Part shown: positions 9,490 to 20,300 of the stretch, piece after piece
How positions within the stretch are numbered: position 1 is the stretch's first letter
How the letters are laid out: every line of letters begins with the position of its first letter
NCBI GenBank assembly: GCA_964247055.1
Contig: CAXTSY010000017.1
Span: 1 to 23,854 of the forward strand
Reading direction: 5' to 3'
Length of the DNA: 23,854 nt
Source of the DNA: Paragordius varius
Lineage: Eukaryota; Animalia; Nematomorpha
Notes under the pieces: model-generated
Told to the model about the DNA's origin: nothing
The model's database searches: none
The model's input: the letters and a program-made list of their open reading frames with translations, nothing else
Program-made: the position numbers and the translations under genes

Positions 9490-11359
9490 AATGCAAACGA
9501 ATTGGCGACTAGGAAGAGACTGACGACACATAGGATGATTCAAAAATGACTGACGACGGATAGGGAAATACCGAAAAATCACTGACGACGGATAGAATGA
9601 TTGTTGAAAAATGACTGACGACGGATAGGGGGAATGCAAAAAACCAACTGACGACGGCTAGAAAGTGACGGACAAAAACAGTCTGACGACGGATAGAATG
9701 ATTGCTAAAAAATGACTGACGACGGATAGGAGGAATGCCGAAAAATGACTGACGACGGATAGGGGAAATGCAGAAAACCAACTGACGACGGCTAGAAAGT
9801 GAGGGGCAGAAACAGACTGACGACGGATAGGATGATTGCTAAAAAATGACTGACGACGGATAGGATGATTGTTGAAAAATGACTGACGACGGATAGGGGA
9901 AATGCAGAAAACCAACTGACGACGGCTAGAAAGTGAGGGGCAGAAACAGACTGACGACGGATAGGATGATTGCTAAAAAATGACTGACGACGGATAGGAG
10001 GAATTCCGAAAAATGACTGACGACGGATAGGATGATTGTTGAAAAATGACTGACGACGGATAGGGGAAATGCAGAAAACCAACTGACGACGGATAGGGGA
10101 AATGCAGAAAACCAACTGACGACGGCTAGAAAGTGAAGGACAGAAACAGACTGACGACGGATAGGATGATTGCTTAAAAATGACTGACGACGGATAGGAG
10201 GAATGCCGAAAAATGACTGACGACGGATAGGGTAATTGTTGGAAAATGACTGACGACGGATAGGGGAAATGCAGAAAACCAACTGACGACGGCTAGAAAG
10301 TGGGGGACAGAAACAGACTGACGACGGATAGGATGATTGCTTAAAAATGACTGACGACGGATAGGAGGAATGCCGAAAAATGACTGACGACGGATAGGAT
10401 AATTGTTGGAAAATGACTGACGACGGATAGGGGAAATGCAGAAAACCAACTGACGACGGCTAGAAAGTGAGGGGCAGAAACAGACTGACGACGGATAGGA
10501 TGATTGCTAAAAAATGACTGACGACGGATAGGAGGAATGCCGAAAAATGACTGACGACGGATAGGGGAAATGCAGAAAACCAACTGACGACGGCTAGAAA
10601 GTGAGGGGCAGAAACAGACTGACGACGGATAGGATGATTGCTAAAAAATGACTGACGACGGATAGGATGATTGTTGAAAAATGACTGACGACGGATAGGG
10701 GAAATGCAGAAAACCAACTGACGACGGCTAGAAAGTGAGGGGCAGAAACAGACTGACGACGGATAGGATGATTGCTAAAAAATAACTGACGACGGATAGG
10801 AGGAATTCCGAAAAATGACTGACGACGGATAGGATGATTGTTGAAAAATGACTGACGACGGATAGGGGAAATGCAGAAAACCAACTGACGACGGATAGGG
10901 GAAATGCAGAAAACCAACTGACGACGGCTAGAAAGTGAAGGACAGAAACAGACTGACGACGGATAGGATGATTGCTTAAAAATGACTGACGACGGATAGG
11001 AGGAATGCCGAAAAATGACTGACGACGGATAGGGTAATTGTTGGAAAATGACTGACGACGGATAGGGGAAATGCAGAAAACCAACTGACGACGGCTAGAA
11101 AGTGGGGGACAGAAACAGACTGACGACGGATAGGATGATTGCTTAAAAATGACTGACGACGGATAGGAGGAATGCCGAAAAATGACTGACGACGGATAGG
11201 ATAATTGTTGGAAAATGACTGACGACGGATAGGGGAAATGCAGAAAACCAACTGACGACGGCTAGAAAGTGAGGGGCAGAAACAGACTGACGACGGATAG
11301 GATGATTGCTAAAAAATGACTGACGACGGATAGGAGGAATGCCGAAAAATGACTGACGA
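9490..11359 (+). repeat. Array of about 57 units of 33-35 bp (core ACTGACGACGG(A/C)TAG plus one of five tails); outer domain of the right inverted arm, with an 802-bp higher-order repeat
   Basis: Tails: A GATGATTGCTAAAAAATG, B GAGGAATGCCGAAAAATG, C GATGATTGTTGAAAAATG, D GGGAAATGCAGAAAACCA, E AAAGTGAGGGGCAGAAACAG. HOR starts at 9682, 10484 and 11286 (truncated). The ORF track repeats at the same 802 offset. Confidence 0.96.
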
Positions 11360-14300
11360 TATAAATGTAATTTTTATGAATTTTTTAAATATTTAAAAAA
11401 TTTATTTTATACGATTTTAAAAATAAAAATGGCTACCTAAAATCCAAATTTGATCAGGTGATGTCACCATAATTTTTTTTGGGTAGCCCTATGGTAGTTC
11501 CATCATCACCCCAAATATTTTCGAGATCGGAGTATAAATGTAATTTTTATGAATTTTTTAAATATTTAAAAAATTTATTTTATACGATTTTAAAAATAAA
11601 AATGGCTACCTAAAATCCAAATTTGATCAGGTGATGTCACCATAATTTTTTTTGGGTAGCCCTATGGTAGTTCCATCATCACCCCAAATATTTTCGAGAT
11701 CGGAGTATAAATGTAATTTTTATGAATTTTTTAAATATTTAAAAAATTTATTTTATACGATTTTAAAAATAAAAATGGCTACCTAAAATCCAAATTTGAT
11801 CAGGTGATGTCGCCATAATTTTTTTTGGGTAGCCCTATAGTAGTTCCATCATCACCCCAAATATTTTGGGGATCGGACTATAAATGTAATTTTTATGAAT
11901 TTTTTAAATATTTAAAAAATTTATTTTATACGATTTTAAAAATAAAAATGGCTACCTAAAATCCAAATTTGATCAGGTGATGTCACCATAATTTTTTTTG
12001 GGTAGCCCTATGGTAGTTCCATCATCACCCCAAATATTTTCGAGATCGGAGTATAAATGTAATTTTTATGAATTTTTTGAATATTTAAAAAATTTATTTT
12101 ATACGATTTTAAAAATAAAAATGGCTACCTAAAATCCAAATTTGATCAGGTGATGTCGCCATAATTTTTTTTGGGTAGACCTATGGTAGTTCCATCATCA
12201 CCCCAAATATTTTGGGGATCGGACTATAAATGTAATTTTTATGAATTTTTTAAATATTTAAAAAATTTATTTTATACGATTTTAAAAATAAAAATGGCTA
12301 CCTAAAATCCAAATTTGATCAGGTGATGTCACCATAATTTTTTTTGGGTAGCCCTATGGTAGTTCCATCATCACCCCAAATATTTTCGAGATCGGAGTAT
12401 AAATGTAATTTTTATGAATTTTTTAAATATTTAAAAAATTTATTTTATACGATTTTAAAAATAAAAATGGCTACCTAAAATCCAAATTTGATCAGGTGAT
12501 GTCACCATAATTTTTTTTGGGTAGCCCTATGGTAGTTCCATCATCACCCCAAATATTTTCGAGATCGGAGTATAAATGTAATTTTTATGAATTTTTTAAA
12601 TATTTAAAAAATTTATTTTATACGATTTTAAAAATAAAAATGGCTACCTAAAATCCAAATTTGATCAGGTGATGTCGCCATAATTTTTTTTGGGTAGCCC
12701 TATAGTAGTTCCATCATCACCCCAAATATTTTGGGGATCGGACTATAAATGTAATTTTTATGAATTTTTTAAATATTTAAAAAATTTATTATATACGATT
12801 TTTAAAATAAAAATGGCTACCTAAAATCCAAATTTGATCAGGTGATGTCACCATAATTTTTTTTGGGTAGCCCTATGGTAGTTCCATCATCACCCCAAAT
12901 ATTTTCGAGATCGGAGTATAAATGTAATTTTTATGAATTTTTTAAATATTTAAAAAATTTATTTTATACGATTTTAAAAATAAAAATGGCTACCTAAAAT
13001 CCAAATTTGATCAGGTGATGTCACCATAATTTTTTTTGGGTAGCCTTATGGTAGTTCCATCATAACCCCAAATATTTTTGAGATCGGACTTTAAATGTAA
13101 TTTTTATGAATTTTTTAGATATTTAAAAAATTTATTTTATACGATTTTAAAAATAAAAATGGCTACCTAAAATCCAAATTTGATCAGGTGATGTCACCAT
13201 AATTTTTTTTGGGTAGCCCTATGGTAGTTCCATCATCACCCCAAATATATTGGGGATCGGACTATAAATGTAATTTTTATGAATTTTTTAAATATTTAAA
13301 AAATTTATTTTATACGATTTTAAAAATAAAAATGGCTACCTAAAATCCAAATTTGATCAGGTGATGTCACCATAATTTTTTTTGGGTAGCCCTATGGTAG
13401 TTCCATCATCACCCCAAATATTTTCGAGATCGGAGTATAAATGTAATTTTTATGAATTTTTTAAATATTTAAAAAATTTATTTTATACGATTTTAAAAAT
13501 AAAAATGGCTACCTAAAATCCAAATTTGATCAGGTGATGTCACCATAATTTTTTTTGGGTAGCCCTATGGTAGTTCCATCATCACCCCAAATATTTTCGA
13601 GATCGGAGTATAAATGTAATTTTTATGAATTTTTTAAATATTTAAAAAATTTATTTTATACGATTTTAAAAATAAAAATGGCTACCTAAAATCCAAATTT
13701 GATCAGGTGATGTCACTATAATTTTTTTGGGTAGCCCTATGGTAGTTCCATCATCACCCCAAATTTTTTGGGGATCGGACTATAAATGTAATTTTTATGA
13801 ATTTTTTAAATATTTAAAAAATTTATTTTATACGATTTTTAAAATAAAAATGGCTACCTAAAATCCAAATTTGATCAGGTGATGTCGCCATAATTTTTTT
13901 TGGGTAGCCCTATGGTAGTTCCATCATCACCCCGAATATTTTGGGGATCGGACTATAAATGTAATTTTTATGAATTTTTTAAATATTTAAAAAATTTATT
14001 TTATACGATTTTAAAAATAAAAATGGCTACCTAAAATCCAAATTTGATCAGGTGATGTCGCCATTATTTTTTTTGGGTAGCCCTATGGTAGTGCCATCAT
14101 CACCCCAAATATTTTGGGGATCGGACTATAAATGTAATTTTTATGAATTTTTTAAATATTTAAAAAATTTATTTTATACGATTTTAAAAATAAAAATGGC
14201 TACCAAAAATCCAAATTTGATCAGGTGATGTCACCATAATTTTTTTTGGGTAGCCCTATGGTAGTGCCATCATCACCCCAAATATTTTGGGGATCGGACT

Positions 14301-17300
14301 ATAAATGTAATTTTTATGAATTTTTTAAATATTTAAAAAATTTATTTTATACGATTTTAAAAATAAAAATGGCTACCAAAAATCCAAATTTGATCAGGTG
14401 ATGTCACCATAATTTTTTTTGGGTAGCCCTATGGTAGTTCCATCATCACCCCAAATATTTTCGAGATCGGACTATAAATGTAATTTTTATGAATTTTTTA
14501 AATATTTAAAAAATTTATTTTATACGATTTTAAAAATAAAAATGGCTACCTAAAATCCAAATTTGATCAGGTGATGTCACCATAATTTTTTTTGGGTTCC
14601 ATCATAACCCCAAATATTTTTGAGATCGGACTTTAAATGTAATTTTTATGAATTTTTTAGATATTTAAAAAATTTATTTTATACGATTTTAAAAATAAAA
14701 ATGGCTACCTAAAATCCAAATTTGATCAGGTGATGTCACCATAATTTTTTTTGGGTAGCCCTATGGTAGTTCCATCATCACCCCAAATATTTTGGGGATC
14801 GGACTATAAATGTAATTTTTATGAATTTTTTAAATATTTAAAAAATTTATTTTATACGATTTTAAAAATAAAAATTGCTACCTAAAATCCAAATTTGATC
14901 AGGTGATGTCACCATAATTTTTTTTGGGTAGCCCTATGGTAGTTCCATCATCACCCCAAATATTTTCGAGATCGGAGTATAAATGTAATTTTTATGAATT
15001 TTTTAAATATTTAAAAAATTTATTTTATACGATTTTAAAAATAAAAATGGCTACCTAAAATCCAAATTTGATCAGGTGATGTCACCATAATTTTTTTTGG
15101 GTAGCCCTATGGTAGTTCCATCATCACCCCAAATATTTTCGAGATCGGAGTATAAATGTAATTTTTATGAATTTTTTAAATATTTAAAAAATTTATTTTA
15201 TACGATTTTAAAAATAAAAATGGCTACCTAAAATCCAAATTTGATCAGGTGATGTCACCATAATTTTTTTTGGGTAGCCCTATGGTAGTTCCATCATAAC
15301 CCCAAATATTTTTGAGATCGGACTTTAAATGTAATTTTTATGAATTTTTTAGATATTTAAAAAATTTATTTTATACGATTTTAAAAATAAAAATGGCTAC
15401 CTAAAATCCAAATTTGATCAGGTGATGTCACCATAATTTTTTTTGGGTAGCCCTATGGTAGTTCCATCATCACCCCAAATATTTTGGGGATCGGACTATA
15501 AATGTAATTTTTATGAATTTTTTAAATATTTAAAAAATTTATTTTATACGATTTTAAAAATAAAAATGGCTACCTAAAATCCAAATTTGATCAGGTGATG
15601 TCACCATAATTTTTTTTGGGTAGCCCTATGGTAGTTCCATCATCACCCCAAATATTTTCGAGATCGGAGTATAAATGTAATTTTTATGAATTTTTTAAAT
15701 ATTTAAAAAATTTATTTTATACGATTTTAAAAATAAAAATGGCTACCTAAAATCCAAATTTGATCAGGTGATGTCACCATAATTTTTTTTGGGTAGCCCT
15801 ATGGTAGTTCCATCATCACCCCAAATATTTTCGAGATCGGAGTATAAATGTAATTTTTATGAATTTTTTAAATATTTAAAAAATTTATTTTATACGATTT
15901 TAAAAATAAAAATGGCTACCTAAAATCCAAATTTGATCAGGTGATGTCACTATAATTTTTTTGGGTAGCCCTATGGTAGTTCCATCATCACCCCAAATTA
16001 TTTGGGGATCGGACTATAAATGTAATTTTTATGAATTTTTTAAATATTTAAAAAATTTATTTTATACGATTTTTAAAATAAAAATGGCTACCTAAAATCC
16101 AAATTTGATCAGGTGATGTCGCCATTATTTTTTTTGGGTAGCCCTATGGTAGTGCCATCATCACCCCAAATATTTTGGGGATCGGACTATAAATGTAATT
16201 TTTATGAATTTTTTAAATATTTAAAAAATTTATTTTATACGATTTTAAAAATAAAAATGGCTACCAAAAATCCAAATTTGATCAGGTGATGTCACCATAA
16301 TTTTTTTTGGGTAGCCCTATGGTAGTGCCATCATCACCCCAAATATTTTGGGGATCGGACTATAAATGTAATTTTTATGAATTTTTTAAATATTTAAAAA
16401 ATTTATTTTATACGATTTTAAAAATAAAAATGGCTACCAAAAATCCAAATTTGATCAGGTGATGTCACCATAATTTTTTTTGGGTAGCCCTATGGTAGTT
16501 CCATCATCACCCCAAATATTTTCGAGATCGGAGTATAAATGTAATTTTTATGAATTTTTTAAATATTTAAAAAATTTATTTTATACGATTTTAAAAATAA
16601 AAATGGCTACCTAAAATCCAAATTTGATCAGGTGATGTCACCATAATTTTTTTTGGGTTCCATCATAACCCCAAATATTTTTGAGATCGGACTTTAAATG
16701 TAATTTTTATGAATTTTTTAGATATTTAAAAAATTTATTTTATACGATTTTAAAAATAAAAATGGCTACCTAAAATCCAAATTTGATCAGGTGATGTCAC
16801 CATAATTTTTTTTGGGTAGCCCTATGGTAGTTCCATCATCACCCCAAATATTTTGGGGATCGGACTATAAATGTAATTTTTATGAATTTTTTAAATATTT
16901 AAAAAATTTATTTTATACGATTTTAAAAATAAAAATGGCTACCTAAAATCCAAATTTGATCAGGTGATGTCACCATAATTTTTTTTGGGTAGCCCTATGG
17001 TAGTTCCATCATCACCCCAAATATTTTCGAGATCGGAGTATAAATGTAATTTTTATGAATTTTTTAAATATTTAAAAAATTTATTTTATACGATTTTAAA
17101 AATAAAAATGGCTACCTAAAATCCAAATTTGATCAGGTGATGTCACCATAATTTTTTTTGGGTAGCCCTATGGTAGTTCCATCATCACCCCAAATATTTT
17201 CGAGATCGGAGTATAAATGTAATTTTTATGAATTTTTTAAATATTTAAAAAATTTATTTTATACGATTTTAAAAATAAAAATGGCTACCTAAAATCCAAA

Positions 17301-20300
17301 TTTGATCAGGTGATGTCACCATAATTTTTTTTGGGTAGCCCTATGGTAGTTCCATCATCACCCCAAATATTTTCGAGATCGGAGTATAAATGTAATTTTT
17401 ATGAATTTTTTAAATATTTAAAAAATTTATTTTATACGATTTTAAAAATAAAAATGGCTACCTAAAATCCAAATTTGATCAGGTGATGTCACCATAATTT
17501 TTTTTGGGTAGCCCTATGGTAGTTCCATCATCACCCCAAATATTTTCGAGATCGGAGTATAAATGTAATTTTTATGAATTTTTTAAATATTTAAAAAATT
17601 TATTTTATACGATTTTAAAAATAAAAATGGCTACCTAAAATCCAAATTTGATCAGGTGATGTCACTATAATTTTTTTGGGTAGCTCTATGGTAGTTCCAT
17701 CATCACCCCAAATTTTTTGGGGATCGGACTATAAATGTAATTTTTATGAATTTTTTAAATATTTAAAAAATTTATTTTATACGATTTTTAAAATATAAAT
17801 GGCTACCTAAAATCCAAATTTGATCAGGTGATGTCGCCATAATTTTTTTTGGGTAGCCCTATGGTAGTTCCATCATCACCCCAAATATTTTGGGGATCGG
17901 ACTATAAATGTAATTTTTATGAATTTTTTAAATATTTAAAAAATTTATTTTATACGATTTTAAAAATAAAAATGGCTACCTAAAATCCAAATTTGATCAG
18001 GTGATGTCACCATAATTTTTTTTGGGTAGCCCTATGGTAGTTCCATCATCACCCCAAATATTTTCGAGATCGGAGTATAAATGTAATTTTTATAAATTTT
18101 TTAAATATTTAAAAAATTTATTTTATACGATTTTAAAAATAAAAATGGCTACCTAAAATCCAAATTTGATCAGGTGATGTCACCATAATTTTTTTTGGGT
18201 AGCCCTATGGTAGTTCCATCATCACCCCAAATATTTTCGAGATCGGAGTATAAATGTAATTTTTATGAATTTTTTAAATATTTAAAAAATTTATTTTATA
18301 CGATTTTAAAAATAAAAATGGCTACCTAAAATCCAAATTTGATCAGGTGATGTCACCATAATTTTTTTTGGGTAGCCCTATGGTAGTTCCATCATCACCC
18401 CAAATATTGTCGAGATCGGAGTATAAATGTAATTTTTTTGAATTTTTTAAATATTTAAAAAATTTATTTTATACGATTTTAAAAATAAAAATGGCTACCT
18501 AAAATCCAAATTTGATCAGGTGATGTCACCATAATTTTTTTTGGGTAGCCCTATGGTAGTTCCATCATAACCCCAAATATTTTTGAGATCGGACTTTAAA
18601 TGTAATTTTTATGAATTTTTTAAATATTTGAAAAATTTATTTTATACGATTTTAAAAATAAAAATGGCTACCTAAAATCCAAATTTGATCAGGTGATGTC
18701 ACCATAATTTTTTTTGGGTAGCCCTATGGTAGTTCCATCATCACCCCAAATATTTTGGGGATCGGACTATAAATGTAATTTTTATGAATTTTTTAAATAT
18801 TTAAAAAATTTATTTTATACGATTTTAAAAATAAAAATGGCTACCTAAAATCCAAATTTGATCAGGTGATGTCGCCAATATTTTTTTTGGGTAGCCCTAT
18901 GGTAGTGCTATCATCACCCCAAATATTTTGGGGATCGGACTATAAATGTAATTTTTATGAATTTTTTAAATATTTAAAAAATTTATTTTATACGATTTTA
19001 AAAATAAAAATGGCTACCTAAAATCCAAATTTGATCAGGTGATGTCACCATAATTTTTTTTGGGTAGCCCTATGGTAGTTCCATCATCACCCCAAATATT
19101 TTCGAGATCGGAGTATAAATGTAATTTTTATGAATTTTTTAAATATTTAAAAAATTTATTTTATACGATTTTAAAAATAAAAATGGCTACCTAAAATCCA
19201 AATTTGATCAGGTGATGTCACCATAATTTTTTTTGGGTAGCCCTATGGTAGTTCCATCATAACCCCAAATATTTTTGAGATCGGACTTTAAATGTAATTT
19301 TTATGAATTTTTTAGATATTTAAAAAATTTATTTTATACGATTTTAAAAATAAAAATGGCTACCTAAAATCCAAATTTGATCAGGTGATGTCACCATAAT
19401 TTTTTTTGGGTAGCCCTATGGTAGTTCCATCATCACCCCAAATATTTTGGGGATCGGACTATAAATGTAATTTTTATGAATTTTTTAAATATTTAAAAAA
19501 TTTATTTTATACGATTTTAAAAATAAAAATGGCTACCTAAAATTAAATTTGATCAGGTGATGTCGCCATAATTTTTTTTGCGTAGCCCTATGGTAGTTCT
19601 ATCATCACCCCAAATATTTTGGGGATCGGACTATAAATGTAATTTTTATGAATTTTTTAAATATTTAAAAAATTTATTTTATACGATTTTAAAAATAAAA
19701 ATGGCTACCTAAAATCCAAATTTGATCAGGTGATGTCACCATAATTTTTTTTGGGTAGCCCTATGGTAGTTCCATCATAACCCCAAATATTTTTGAGATC
19801 GGACTTTAAATGTAATTTTTATGAATTTTTTAAATATTTGAAAAATTTATTTTATACGATTTTAAAAATAAAAATGGCTACCTAAAATCCAAATTTGATC
19901 AGGTGATGTCACCATAATTTTTTTTGGGTAGCCCTATGGTAGTTCCATCATCACCCCAAATATTTTGGGGATCGGACTATAAATGTAATTTTTATGAATT
20001 TTTTAAATATTTAAAAAATTTATTTTATACGATTTTAAAAATAAAAATGGCTACCTAAAATCCAAATTTGATCAGGTGATGTCACTATAATTTTTTTGGA
20101 TAGCCCTATGGTAGTTCCATCATCACCCCGAATATTTTGGGGATCGGACTATAAATGTAATTTTTGAATTTTTTAAATATTTAAAAAATTTATTTTATAC
20201 GATTTTAAAAATAAAAATGGCTACCTAAAATCCAAATTTGATCAGGTGATGTCGCCATTATTTTTTTTGGGTAGCCCTATGGTAGTGCCATCATCACCCC

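Larger units (their letters stand above)
2903..11359. mobile_element. Foldback-like structure (modular long inverted repeats plus non-coding spacer); possibly a non-autonomous Foldback-type DNA element
   Basis: The inverted arms are directly visible, each with an outer tandem-subrepeat domain and an inner AT-rich domain. The transposon interpretation rests on architecture only: no transposase, and both outer ends are cut (by telomere and by satellite), so termini and TSD cannot be assessed. Confidence 0.45.

Noticed and set aside
9457-11251. Family of minus-strand ORFs (MVFCISPIRRQ...), plus the related + strand ORF at 3120-3440
   Set aside because: They are translations of the 33-bp array. 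The MVFCISP and 3120 starts I checked are TTG. They recur at the repeat periods (134, 167, 802) and show no domain-like content.
9490-11359. CRISPR-like appearance (constant core plus variable spacers)
   Set aside because: The spacers are only five recurring, mutually related tails of 18-20 bp in a fixed cycle. There are no cas genes or leader, and the context is a eukaryotic chromosome end.
2903-11359. Inversion as a long-read foldback or assembly artefact
   Set aside because: Artefactual foldbacks give near-identical arms. These arms differ by many substitutions, an 857-bp insertion and different array structure. Read-level confirmation is still advisable.
11361-11533. Resemblance of GATCGGACTATA to insect DINE-1/Helentron core repeats as I recall them
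   Set aside because: The similarity is limited to about 8 bp from memory, with no Helentron termini visible. A library search would be needed.
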